Source of the DNA: a virus
IMG/VR virus record: IMGVR_UViG_3300031251_000967
Location: 1 to 64,000 of that record
Reading direction: 5' to 3' (one strand)
DNA length: 64,000 nucleotides
Shown: one piece after another, positions 38,073 through 47,796 of the stretch
How positions within the stretch are numbered: the first letter of the stretch is position 1
How the letters are laid out: each line of letters begins with the position of its first letter
Position numbers and translations under genes: made by a program
Notes under the pieces: generated by a model
Told to the model about the DNA's origin: nothing
Seen by the model: only the letters and a program-made list of their open reading frames with translations
The model's database searches: none

Positions 38073-39344
38073 TCACTCCGGCTGACTGCACCACACGTGA
38101 CCGTACCCGGAGATGGTGCGGCCGTCGGAGGTGTGATAGGTCGCTTCGAGCAGATACTTGTTCCCGACAACCGGATTGTTTCCGATTCGCTGGTTCGTGA
38201 ATGTCGTAGGCTTGCCGGTCACCGGGTTGAAACCCGTCGTGACGTTCGGCAGGCCAATGATGCGAGCCGATGGGTTCGTGTCGAGCGTCGCCCCACCGCG
38301 TATCTTGGAGACGGTGCACGCCCAGGTGACGGATAGGACGGTGACGCCCTCGGGAACGTCGACCGTCAGCTCCAGCGTGAAGGTGTCGTCTTCCTCCGGC
38401 TCGATGTCGTCCCACTGCGCGTCGAATCTGCGCGGACGCTCCAGTGTGACGGTGCGCGCCGGGTTCGCGCTGAGCGGCGGTATCGTGGAGAGCGCGACCA
38501 CATCGCCGTGCGTGTCGCTCGCCGCGTCGAACAGATCGGCGGAGTCAGACGCGACGTTGAAGGTGAGGAGAGCGAAATCTCCGGTCGTGTCCGATGCGGC
38601 ATCGTTCGGCACGACGCGAGAGCCGGACGGGTCGTAAGCCGTCAGAATCGAGAGACCGCCGGTCGTGCTCGATGCCGCGTCGCCGATCGGCAGAGACAGG
38701 CGCGGATGATAGGTGAGGCCAGCGGCATCGGCGGCCGTCGCCGAAGACACGCCGGTTACGCTGAGGCTCGGCGGGATGTTGTAGGTAAGACTCGCGACAT
38801 CTCCCGTCGGCTGGGAACTCGCGTTGTTGATGCCGAGCACCAGCGCGCCAGGGGCGTGCGGGGTGAGAGTAGCTACGTCGGTGACCGCATCGGACTCGGT
38901 GTCGTGCACCACCAGCGGAGTCGATGCAACCAGCGAGGCGACATCGGTTGCCGGCTGCGAGGATGCGTCGCTTACCGTTGCCGCGGGAGGACCATGCGGC
39001 GTCAATGCAACTATGTCCGTCGCCGGCTGAGACGAGGCGTCCGAGACGGTGGCCGAAACGTGCGTGGTTAGCGCGGCGACATCGCTGGTCGGCTGCGACG
39101 ATGCCGAAACGACAGTCAGGTACGGCGCGTACGGCTTTCCGGCAAAGGACGTCGTGCGCCGCGTGCCGTAACCAGCCGGGCCAAGCCGCGTTTTCGGCCC
39201 CGTCGCCGGAAGCGAGAGAGTGGCTACATCACCCGTCGGTGCAGACGACGCATCGACAACGGTGAGCAGCGGAACCTTGCCCGCAAAGCTCCCGGCTCTG
39301 CGGACGCCGTATCCGCCTAAACCAAGCCGGGAAACAGCGGTCAT
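38073..39344 (-). CDS. Repetitive fibre/adaptor-like protein
   Basis: About 10 imperfect DASSQPATDVASLT repeats; C-terminal Ig-like adaptor-type domain. Confidence 0.7.
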   Translation of the reverse strand: MTAVSRLGLGGYGVRRAGSFAGKVPLLTVVDASSAPTGDVATLSLPATGPKTRLGPAGYGTRRTTSFAGKPYAPYLTVVSASSQPTSDVAALTTHVSATVSDASSQPATDIVALTPHGPPAATVSDASSQPATDVASLVASTPLVVHDTESDAVTDVATLTPHAPGALVLGINNASSQPTGDVASLTYNIPPSLSVTGVSSATAADAAGLTYHPRLSLPIGDAASSTTGGLSILTAYDPSGSRVVPNDAASDTTGDFALLTFNVASDSADLFDAASDTHGDVVALSTIPPLSANPARTVTLERPRRFDAQWDDIEPEEDDTFTLELTVDVPEGVTVLSVTWACTVSKIRGGATLDTNPSARIIGLPNVTTGFNPVTGKPTTFTNQRIGNNPVVGNKYLLEATYHTSDGRTISGYGHVWCSQPE

Positions 39345-39358
39345 CTATCGCTGTCCGT

Positions 39359-40120
39359 TCAGGTGATTGAGAACGTGTCCCCGGAGGCCGGGGCGGTGGT
39401 CAGAGCGGTAACCGTGAGCGTACCGGAACCATTGGTCGCCGTGATGTCCGTCGACTGTGAGCGGAGCGCGGGCGTCGTGGTGTCCGCGTCGAACGTGATG
39501 ATTTTCCCCTTGAACTGCGAGGCGACGCTGTCAGAGGGGGTAAGCGCGCTGGTCGGGATTGAGGTCGTTGTCGCACTCGCGCCGACCGTGCCGCGGCCGA
39601 TGGCCCTGGTCGTCTTGGCGAGGTTCGCCGCTGCGGTCGCGTCACCGTTGACGGCACTTAGGTTGGACGCCACGCGGAGGTTGGAGTCGAGCGCGGGCAA
39701 CCCGCCGTTCGCGCCGGCAGCCGCATTCGGGAGAGCGGTCGGGGCGCCGACACCCCGAATGGCATCGCTCAGCAGGACGAGGATCTTCTGAGGGGCGACA
39801 TTGTTCGAGCCTGCGTCCTGAACGCTGAACTCAACCCAATCCGCGCCCGCCGCCAGCGCGGCATTGGGCACGCCGAATTCGTAGAGCCCCTTGTCGTTGG
39901 TGGAGTCTTTCTCCGCGAAGCCGCCGGAGGACCACGTGCCGCGAGTACCGGACGAAAGCGTCACGGCCGTCGCGCCCGCATTCCCCTGATCGGGCCGCGA
40001 ATAGGCGATGGTCACTGACCCGTTGGTCAGGCCGGTCTTGTACGCACCCGTGGTCGAGGACGTGTCCTTGATCGCGACGGGCAGGATGAAGGACGTTTTG
40101 CCCTGCGGGACAATAAACAT
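39359..40120 (-). CDS. Virion accessory structural protein
   Basis: Thr/Gly/Ala-rich; GLYEFGVP; ALTTAPASGDTFSI C-terminus. Confidence 0.7.
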   Translation of the reverse strand: MFIVPQGKTSFILPVAIKDTSSTTGAYKTGLTNGSVTIAYSRPDQGNAGATAVTLSSGTRGTWSSGGFAEKDSTNDKGLYEFGVPNAALAAGADWVEFSVQDAGSNNVAPQKILVLLSDAIRGVGAPTALPNAAAGANGGLPALDSNLRVASNLSAVNGDATAAANLAKTTRAIGRGTVGASATTTSIPTSALTPSDSVASQFKGKIITFDADTTTPALRSQSTDITATNGSGTLTVTALTTAPASGDTFSIT

Positions 40121-41295
40121 TAGCTGAGACCCCCAATGTAGCCCGTCGGGGCAAAGAGACGTGCGGTCGAGCCGCCAGAACCGTCATCGAGCGCGGAAAG
40201 ACGCACGCCGCCCCAGTACCGGCGCGTACTTGTCGTCACCGGCACAGCCGACGAACTGGTGCGGCTGGCGGCCACGAAATCACCGCCGCCGGGCAGAACG
40301 GTTGCGTGGGATGCGCTCGCGATATCGGTATAGATCGCCGTGCAACCGGTGGTCGTGCCGTTCGTCGCGCGGAGCCCGACGTAATAGGCCGTGCCGGCCG
40401 CAAGTGTCTGCTCTGAGGGGAGCGGAACCACCCACGGCTTGGCCGAGTTCTGCGTATTGAAGTTGTTGCCGAGCGTAACCGAGGTGATTACCGCTCCAGT
40501 AGAGGCGTTGACCAACTCCGCTACGGCGGTGGCGCCCGAGTTCATCGCCCAATTGCCCCAGAGCGCGTCGCACTTTGCCGTATACGGAAGCGTGAACTGC
40601 GCTCCGAAGCTGACCGGTGAGGACGTAGCCCCGTATGCCGTCGAGCCGTTAGCAGACAAAACGAAACCGCCGTCCAACGTCCCAAACGTGCCGTCCGAGA
40701 ACTCAATGACGACGTTCGGAAGGCCGAGGTTGGTCCATGTCGTGCCGTCTGGCGTGCTCTGCGTCGCGTTGAAGTGACCGGCGACCGTGCCCGTGATGAC
40801 GTTCTCATAGCTGAGCGTCAGCACGGCGCCGGTGCCAGCCGTGCTCCAATCCCACACCAGCGACAACAGATCGCCGAAATTGAACGTAGGCTGCGTACCG
40901 AAGCTCGTCCCCGACGGCGTCGTGAACCACCCGCTCGCCGTGACGCCGCTGTCCGTCATGTTGAACGTGTAGGTTGCGCCGCCGCTGCCGGCGATGTTGC
41001 CGTCCGGCGTCGCTGCTGAACCGCCCGCGACGCCCTGCACGGATACGCGGACCACCGCACCAGAGCCGGCCGTTATGGTCGACCCGAAGCGCCAATGTAT
41101 CTTGGCGATCGTCTTCGATCCGCTTTTCGCGTCGAACCACAGACGGCCAAACATGGCGTGCTTAGCGCTCGCGTTCGCCGATACCATGGTAGTATTGCCC
41201 GAGTTGCCGGGCGTAAAACTCCCCGTGGTGACGTTCAACTCCCACGGCTCGCCCGGAACGTATAGATGCGCGCCTTTCGTGCTCTGAAACGCCAT
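40120..41295 (-). CDS. Beta-rich virion accessory protein
   Basis: 391 aa, two jelly-roll-like halves, TLAAGTAYYVG. Confidence 0.7.
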   Translation of the reverse strand: MAFQSTKGAHLYVPGEPWELNVTTGSFTPGNSGNTTMVSANASAKHAMFGRLWFDAKSGSKTIAKIHWRFGSTITAGSGAVVRVSVQGVAGGSAATPDGNIAGSGGATYTFNMTDSGVTASGWFTTPSGTSFGTQPTFNFGDLLSLVWDWSTAGTGAVLTLSYENVITGTVAGHFNATQSTPDGTTWTNLGLPNVVIEFSDGTFGTLDGGFVLSANGSTAYGATSSPVSFGAQFTLPYTAKCDALWGNWAMNSGATAVAELVNASTGAVITSVTLGNNFNTQNSAKPWVVPLPSEQTLAAGTAYYVGLRATNGTTTGCTAIYTDIASASHATVLPGGGDFVAASRTSSSAVPVTTSTRRYWGGVRLSALDDGSGGSTARLFAPTGYIGGLS

Positions 41296-41301
41296 CTTTC
41301 G

Positions 41302-44300
41302 TTACCTCGGCTTGCAGGAATGCATCATGAAAGTCAGGTTGTTGGTGGCGATGATGTTGTCCGCATCGCACCAACTCTTGATCGTGCTGTAAGCCGCCTT
41401 GCAGGCCGAATAGCGGGCGGGAAGCGCCGACAGAGCCGCGATCCCCCACCGCCACGTCAGCGAGTATTCCGGGATCACCCCGCCGTTGTTCAGCCCGCCA
41501 TGCGGCCACATGTGCACGACCTGCTGAGGACTGGTGACGGTCGCTGGACCGGAGAGGATCCAGTTCGTTCCCGTCCCCTGCGTATTCGCCGGCAGCGGAT
41601 TGTTGTTCGGAAACGGAGCGATGATCGTGGCCGTCACGGTATCCGTGATGCTCGATCCGCTCGCATTCGTCGCCGTGATCCGCGCCTCGCCCGCATAGAT
41701 CCGCAGGCTGCTCGTCGATGAGAACGTGACGTTCGTCGTCATCGCCGCCGACGTGAACAACTGAAGCGTGTTTACGTCGACAACGTGTGCATAGTAGGTC
41801 GTCCGCGGGGCGAGGCTCGTCGGGAACGCGCCGTTGCTGCTGCTGACCCGAACCGGCTGGCCCTCGCTGTACCCGTGAGCCGTCAGCGTAACCGTTCCGG
41901 CTGAGGCATTGAGGACGGTGATGTTCCGCTGCGTCCCGGCGATAAAGCCGGTGACGTGATCGGCGTAGAATACCGGCGTGTTGGCCTGGAACGTCACGGT
42001 GTTCCCGACCACCGTTGCGTCACCACTCGCGATCGACAAAGAGGCAATCGGGCCGGGCGCGGTATAGGTCGCTTGGTTGGTGTCGGTGTTCCCGTTCGAC
42101 GGGAAGTATTCGAGGAATGCCGACCAGAGATCGGCCATCGACGTGACATAGCCGTAGCTGGCGCCGCCCTTGTGCACGAAGGGGAAGTTCGTCACGTACC
42201 CGAGGTAGCGGGCCTGAACGCCTGGATTCGCGAACGCCTGATAGAGAAGATCACCCAACCAGTCGAACAGCGCCTGCCCGTTCGTGTCGAGGAGTTCGTT
42301 CTCGTACAGGTTGCAGAACTGCTCGGCGTTGTAGGTGACCTGCCACATCACCGTGTTGTGGTTCGATCCCCACCAGTGGCAATCGCCCTTCTGAGCGGCC
42401 GTGATCCCGTATCCATCCGGCCCGGTGACGAGCGCGCTATACCCTTGCGACAGCCAGTTCGAAAGCAGCGTCCGCAGGCTCCCGCTCGGAGACGTGTCCA
42501 TGACGATGCCCGAGGTGTACGGGCTGTCGGGAGCGTGGATGGTGGCGTGGATGAGATCGCGGAAGAACCAGGACACCTGCCGCGGCTGCGCCGTCGCATT
42601 GGCGCTCGGGCCCCAGCAGGATCTGTTCAGGCCGTTCCCGTTGTTGTTCAGCAGAAGCCATCGCGCGGTGACGTTATGCTGAAGCGCCTCAAGGAATTTC
42701 AGGTCTCCAGTCAAAAGATATGTCAGCCGGCACTTCGCGTTGCTGTGCGCGATGTCGGTGTTCCACCAGGAGAAGTTGCCGTAGTAGTTGTCGACGCCGA
42801 CAGCGCGCTGAGCATAGAACTGCGGGCTGAACGTCGGCTGCGGCCCGGTCGAACCGTTGGCGGCATAGTTCGTGCGGATGGCCGGATCCAGCGGCAGCCC
42901 GGTGTTCTCGTCCCTATGGAAGATCGGCGAGGCGAAGATGGAATGCGCGCGATCGTGCGCGCTCCGCCACGCGTCCCATGTCCCGCTGATCAGCCAATAG
43001 AGTTCGAACGAGCTGTCGCTCCCGATGCCTGCATCGACACCCGACGTAGACTCGAACAGGAAGTACCCGAAGTGATTCCCATCCGGCCCGGTATAATAGA
43101 ACGGGCTGTAATCGCGGCCGTCAGGACAAGTCGTCGGTGCGGAGATGCCCGGCAACCCATCGAGGGTGCCGCGCTGCGTCGTCGCGGTGCTCGCCGCAGT
43201 CGCCGCCGACGGTTCGTCGATCGCGTAGTTCTGGATAACCCTTGTCGAGACGAGATAGTAGTTGTCGAACGCCACGTAGTGCCGGGGCACCACGTTGTGC
43301 CACGTCCGCAGCGCCGGCAGAGTGAGCCGGGTTCGGTTCGGGATCACCAGCCCGAGGATCTTCCAGCCCGTCGAGGGAACGGTGATGCCGTAGGTGACGT
43401 CGATCAACGAGCTGAGCGCGCCCGACGGCCCTGCCTGCCCGCCATGGCCGACTTGGATGTTGGCCGGGTTCGATCCCGTGTAATTGATCGAGGAGATCGT
43501 TTCCCACTGATATGCAGAGTAGCTGTGCGCGTGCGCCGTCGGGCCGACGATCCCGGTTTCCGTGAACGATGCCCCGGTGTCCGTCCGGACGCCGTTGATC
43601 GTGAACGTCGCCCCGCTGTTGTCGCTCGCCGAGTAGAAGCGGACGGTTCGCCCGCCTTCCATGCGGACGTAGGCCACGCCTCCCGATACGCACTGCCCGT
43701 TCAGCGTCAGCGAACCGCCGGTCGGGCTCTGCGTCTTGCAGATGCTGGACAGTGTCTGCGGGCAGAACCCCGTGATGCCGGTGATGCCGGGCGAGACGTG
43801 CGCCAGAACCTGGGCGCCCGTTCCACCGCCGCCCGTGATCGACGGGGCGCCGCCGAGCTGGGTCGGCAGCGTCGGATAGACCGCGACGACCGACCCACCG
43901 CCGATCACCGCCGCAGCATTGCTGTTGCTGTTGGCGACCGTCGGGTTCGAGGTGAACCCGCTGCCGGCCGCCGTGACGACATAGCCGTCAGGGTTCTTGA
44001 CGACGGCCGCCGCGCCGGTCCCGCCGCCCCCCGAGAACGAGATCGTGCCGACGGTCCCAGCCGCAGTCACCGTGACCGACTGGACACCGCCGCTCGCGAC
44101 CGTTGCTGCGAGAACCGCCGTACCGCCACTGTTTACCGTCGGTGCCGACGTGTAGCCGCTGCCCTTCGCGGTAACGACGATGGTCGGCTGATTGGCATCG
44201 CGAATGTAGATCAACTGCCCGTTGGCGTTGATCACCCTCCCCGCATGAGAGGGATCGAACGTGAACGTGCCACCCGTGACATAGGCCGAACAGAACTGCG

Positions 44301-45663
44301 TCGCCCAAGACGAACCGCTGAATGCGCCGTAGGCGATGTTCAGCGCCGCATCCGATGTTACCGCCGTGCGGCTCCAGACGACCGCATTGCCCTGCTTGAG
44401 CGTGATGCTTTCGATCGGCACGCAGCCGTTTCCGACCGAGGCGACGTTGCCGTTCTCGATGTACGGATCCGTGCGGACGTCCTGGATCGTCCCGCCGGGA
44501 TGGTAGACGCGGACGTGGAAGCCGGCGAGGAGGATGCGGTGCGGGGCGTGGCCCGACGTGGTCCACACCGGCATCGTTGCCACGAACTCGGTGCAGAGCG
44601 GGTTCTTCGTCCAGATGCCGCGGAAGCTGGGAGCGGTGTTGCTCCAGGTCGACGAGCCCGCAAGGGCCGTATTGGCGTCCGCCGTGTAGGCGACGCCGTC
44701 GATCGTCAGCGACCACGTGACGTTCCATCCATTGGCGGATGCCCAGGACTGGAACGCCGCTAGGGTGATACCGGTGTGCGTCTCCGATCCCGATACCGCC
44801 TTGACATCGAACAGCGCCGACGTGGGGTTGCCCATCGGATCGGTGAGCGAGGCCGTTCCGGGTAGGCTCGGAACCTGATAGTGCAGCGTCGCGTACTTCA
44901 GCGAACCGTCGGACCAGAACTTTTCGTGGTCGATCCCCTGCGCCGAAAGCTGCGAACCGCCGTGGGCAAAGACGCGCGGGACGAATCCCGCCGGGATATC
45001 GCCCTTCTTGAACGGCATCCCGTGGCTGACGAGCACGTTGCTCAAGGCCCCGCCGGAACCGGGATTGGACGGCGTCGAGAGGATGCCGAGCGACGTGACG
45101 GCGGTGAGGTTGTGGTCGTTGACGCTGATCGTAACGGGCTGGTCGACCGACGTTCCGTTCTGCGTCGCGTGGATCGTGATCGACGGCGTGGACGCTCCTG
45201 CGGGAAGTGCCGCAGCAACTGTGACGTGTCCGGCTGCGTCGATCGCGAACTCGCTATTCGGGTTGATGGTCAAGGACAGCGTGCCAGCGAAGGGGCTTCC
45301 ATCCGACATCGTGACAGTAGCAGTCCCGACGAGCGTTCCAACCGGCGCATTGTCGAGGACCGAGCCGCCTGAGAACGAGATCCCGGTCGGGACGGTCCCC
45401 GTGCCCGTCGCTGCGGCTAGCCCTTCCTGGACAAGGAAGTCACCGAGCGGATTCGGGATGGTGTAATTCGCGCCCGTCAGATACCGCGTCGTGCCTTCCA
45501 GCCAGTCCTGGCTCATCGTCAGGGCTGTCGACCCAGCCGGCGTTCCGGAGGCCCATCCCCGCTTGATCAGCCGATCGGCGATGGCGTCCGCGACCGTGTA
45601 CGACTGGCCCGACGTGTACGTCGTCGCGCCGAGCCGGAACGTGCGTGTCGCGGTAATGAGCAT
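41302..45663 (-). CDS. Large modular virion protein: cadherin-like, lyase-like (PcRGLX/YetA-type), GSGYTSAPTV repeats
   Basis: HGMPFKKGDIP...WSDGSLKYA; GSGYTSAPTV; TAHGYSEGQPV...TTYY. Confidence 0.75.
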   Translation of the reverse strand: MLITATRTFRLGATTYTSGQSYTVADAIADRLIKRGWASGTPAGSTALTMSQDWLEGTTRYLTGANYTIPNPLGDFLVQEGLAAATGTGTVPTGISFSGGSVLDNAPVGTLVGTATVTMSDGSPFAGTLSLTINPNSEFAIDAAGHVTVAAALPAGASTPSITIHATQNGTSVDQPVTISVNDHNLTAVTSLGILSTPSNPGSGGALSNVLVSHGMPFKKGDIPAGFVPRVFAHGGSQLSAQGIDHEKFWSDGSLKYATLHYQVPSLPGTASLTDPMGNPTSALFDVKAVSGSETHTGITLAAFQSWASANGWNVTWSLTIDGVAYTADANTALAGSSTWSNTAPSFRGIWTKNPLCTEFVATMPVWTTSGHAPHRILLAGFHVRVYHPGGTIQDVRTDPYIENGNVASVGNGCVPIESITLKQGNAVVWSRTAVTSDAALNIAYGAFSGSSWATQFCSAYVTGGTFTFDPSHAGRVINANGQLIYIRDANQPTIVVTAKGSGYTSAPTVNSGGTAVLAATVASGGVQSVTVTAAGTVGTISFSGGGGTGAAAVVKNPDGYVVTAAGSGFTSNPTVANSNSNAAAVIGGGSVVAVYPTLPTQLGGAPSITGGGGTGAQVLAHVSPGITGITGFCPQTLSSICKTQSPTGGSLTLNGQCVSGGVAYVRMEGGRTVRFYSASDNSGATFTINGVRTDTGASFTETGIVGPTAHAHSYSAYQWETISSINYTGSNPANIQVGHGGQAGPSGALSSLIDVTYGITVPSTGWKILGLVIPNRTRLTLPALRTWHNVVPRHYVAFDNYYLVSTRVIQNYAIDEPSAATAASTATTQRGTLDGLPGISAPTTCPDGRDYSPFYYTGPDGNHFGYFLFESTSGVDAGIGSDSSFELYWLISGTWDAWRSAHDRAHSIFASPIFHRDENTGLPLDPAIRTNYAANGSTGPQPTFSPQFYAQRAVGVDNYYGNFSWWNTDIAHSNAKCRLTYLLTGDLKFLEALQHNVTARWLLLNNNGNGLNRSCWGPSANATAQPRQVSWFFRDLIHATIHAPDSPYTSGIVMDTSPSGSLRTLLSNWLSQGYSALVTGPDGYGITAAQKGDCHWWGSNHNTVMWQVTYNAEQFCNLYENELLDTNGQALFDWLGDLLYQAFANPGVQARYLGYVTNFPFVHKGGASYGYVTSMADLWSAFLEYFPSNGNTDTNQATYTAPGPIASLSIASGDATVVGNTVTFQANTPVFYADHVTGFIAGTQRNITVLNASAGTVTLTAHGYSEGQPVRVSSSNGAFPTSLAPRTTYYAHVVDVNTLQLFTSAAMTTNVTFSSTSSLRIYAGEARITATNASGSSITDTVTATIIAPFPNNNPLPANTQGTGTNWILSGPATVTSPQQVVHMWPHGGLNNGGVIPEYSLTWRWGIAALSALPARYSACKAAYSTIKSWCDADNIIATNNLTFMMHSCKPR

Positions 45664-45672
45664 GGAAAGTGC

Positions 45673-45960
45673 TTAGGCAGCCGAGGACAGAACGCCGGTC
45701 GTGCTGTCGTCGAACTGGATCACTTCGCCCTCTTTCGGCGGATGGAACGTGAGGACGGCGATTTCCGCCTCCGCGCCCTGGCTCGCATCGGCCGTGACCG
45801 TAGAGAGGTCGCGCGCCCAGCCGGCCGCCACGAAATACGCCAACTCGTCGGTGTGGCGATGGCGGTACTCGGCCGGCGCGTCCGCCTCGTCTGTGAGGAG
45901 TGCCCCGGCTTCGAACCGCTCGGCCCCGTGCAGGAAGGTCGAGACGACCTGAACTCGCAT
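45673..45960 (-). CDS. Small structural protein
   Basis: TFLHGAERFEAG...YFVAAGWA; coupled to upstream gene. Confidence 0.65.
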   Translation of the reverse strand: MRVQVVSTFLHGAERFEAGALLTDEADAPAEYRHRHTDELAYFVAAGWARDLSTVTADASQGAEAEIAVLTFHPPKEGEVIQFDDSTTGVLSSAA

Positions 45961-46340
45961 CAGACCGGGTCCTTGATCTGATACTTCGCCGAGGCCACAT
46001 CGACCGTGCCGCCGGAGGTCAGGGCAGTGGACGAGGTCGCCAGCTCGTAGACGTAGGTCGAGGAGCCCGGCGCGCTGAACACGAGAACCGCGGCGGTGCC
46101 CGAGGTGCTGACGGGAATGCCGGTCTTGCCGTTGAAGGTCAGCTTGCGCCCGCCGCCGGACGAGGCGTCGGCAGCCGGGCCAGTGAAAAACGTGCTGTCG
46201 ATCGTCGCGTGAGCGAGGCTCAAACCGGCGATGTTGCCGAAGTTCTTACCCGGCGAAGCCGAGCACACGTCGATCTGCGTCGGCGTGGTCTTGCAATAGG
46301 TCAAACCGCCGTCGAAGCCGGCGTCGGACATAGCAGGCAT
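45960..46340 (-). CDS. Small fibre-subunit-like structural protein
   Basis: DGGLTY...IDVCS...GGGRKLT...LTSGGTVD...IKDP; GGGG RBS. Confidence 0.7.
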   Translation of the reverse strand: MPAMSDAGFDGGLTYCKTTPTQIDVCSASPGKNFGNIAGLSLAHATIDSTFFTGPAADASSGGGRKLTFNGKTGIPVSTSGTAAVLVFSAPGSSTYVYELATSSTALTSGGTVDVASAKYQIKDPV

Positions 46341-46498
46341 GGCCTACCCCTTTCAGGTGCGTACTGGTCGTTTGGGAGTGTCCGATTGCTTTACAGAGCG
46401 TCGGATCAGCGCTTGCCCGCGAGCCTGAAAGCCGCGGAATTCTTGCTATGGCACGTAGTTTGCGGCAGGCTTGGCATAGCCCAACTACCGGTTGGAAC

Positions 46499-47464
46499 AT
46501 GCGGAGCGCACGAGCCTTGATCCCTGCCCTGACCGGAATCCGCGGTGCCGCCGCGCTATGGGTGTTCCTGTTTCATCTGCCGCTCACCGCGAGCCTGCCG
46601 CTGATCCGCGACGGGTTCCTCGGTGTCGACGTGTTCTTTGTGCTGAGCGGCTTCGTCCTATCGCTGGCGTATGCGGGAAAACCGCCGTCCGGGCTTGATG
46701 GTTACTGGCGTTTCCTGGTGACGAGAGCGGCCCGGATCTGGCCGCTCCATGCCGTCGCTCTGCTCGTCCTCGCCTGCCTCGTCTTCGCCCTTCCGGGCTT
46801 CGCCGACCGCTACAGCTCCGACAAGTTCGCGTGGGGCGATCTGCCGGCGCATATCTCGCTGACGTACCTTTGGTCTGGCCACCACATCGCGTGGAACGTC
46901 CCGTCGTGGTCGCTCAGTGCAGAGGCGTTCGCCTACCTGCTGTTTCCGTTCTTGCTCTCCGGCATCACGCGATTGGTCCGCTCGCCTCGCCTCGCTCTGA
47001 TTGGGGCGGTGCTGGCCTTGTCAGCGTGGCTTGCAGTCTTTGCCGTCATCGGATTCGACAAGATGGAGCGCCCGTCGCTCTGGATTCTCAGGCTAGCGCC
47101 GGAGTTCGTTGCCGGGTGCCTGCTCTACCGGGCCTATGCGCTCGGCGGCCTTGATCGCGTAGTGCGGCCTGCACCGCTCGTCGCTGCCGATCGATTCCTA
47201 TCGTGGCGTCCGGTGTTCCTGCTCGGCGAGTATTCGTTCTCGCTGTACATGACGCACTGGACCGTGATCCAGGTCATGAACTGGCTGGCGCTTCCAAACG
47301 TCGCCGCTGAAGCCAGCATAACGATTGCCGCCACAGCAGCCTTGACCCTCGCCGGATACCGCTTCATCGAGCAGCCCGGTCGGAAATTGGGGCGCCGCAT
47401 CGCTCGGCGGGATACCCTTTCGTCTCCGTCAGGGAGTAAGCTCCGCGCCACTGTGGTCAGCTAG
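46499..47464 (+). CDS. Acyltransferase 3 family (OafA-like) membrane protein
   Basis: LTGIRGAAALWVFLFH, GVDVFFVLSGF, WSLSAEAFAY, GEYSFSLYMTH, IEQP. Confidence 0.92.
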   Translation: MRSARALIPALTGIRGAAALWVFLFHLPLTASLPLIRDGFLGVDVFFVLSGFVLSLAYAGKPPSGLDGYWRFLVTRAARIWPLHAVALLVLACLVFALPGFADRYSSDKFAWGDLPAHISLTYLWSGHHIAWNVPSWSLSAEAFAYLLFPFLLSGITRLVRSPRLALIGAVLALSAWLAVFAVIGFDKMERPSLWILRLAPEFVAGCLLYRAYALGGLDRVVRPAPLVAADRFLSWRPVFLLGEYSFSLYMTHWTVIQVMNWLALPNVAAEASITIAATAALTLAGYRFIEQPGRKLGRRIARRDTLSSPSGSKLRATVVS

Positions 47465-47480
47465 CGCGAGTAGCACCCCT

Positions 47481-47633
47481 ATGCTTAATGACGTGAGCGC
47501 CGGATCCCTACTCATCCTCGTCGCGTCGCACGCTGCAGCTTTCGCAGCTGGATTCGGCATCCGTCACGCTATGTCGGTATCGAGACGACGCCGAGCACAG
47601 CGGCGGTACAGCGTGTTCCCGCACGCCGATTAG
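47481..47633 (+). CDS. Small membrane protein
   Basis: TM helix then RRRRAQRR. Confidence 0.5.
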   Translation: MLNDVSAGSLLILVASHAAAFAAGFGIRHAMSVSRRRRAQRRYSVFPHAD

Positions 47634-47796
47634 GCTGCGATTCTAGGAACCCTACTTGCCCGCACGATCGCCGCCGCGTCCTGCTGCACCTTCTCCACGG
47701 CGATGCACTCCCAGTGTGAGGAGACATCCTCGTGGGAATAGGTGCGCCAGACGGCGTACATGTCGTCGTAGGAGCGCTGGCGGATCTCGGTTCGCA

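Noticed and set aside
41956-44763. 935-aa plus-strand ORF and similar long shadow ORFs (e.g. 29206-30699, 30933-32606, 59300-60736)
   Set aside because: Antisense to well-supported genes, no motifs; expected artefact of high GC
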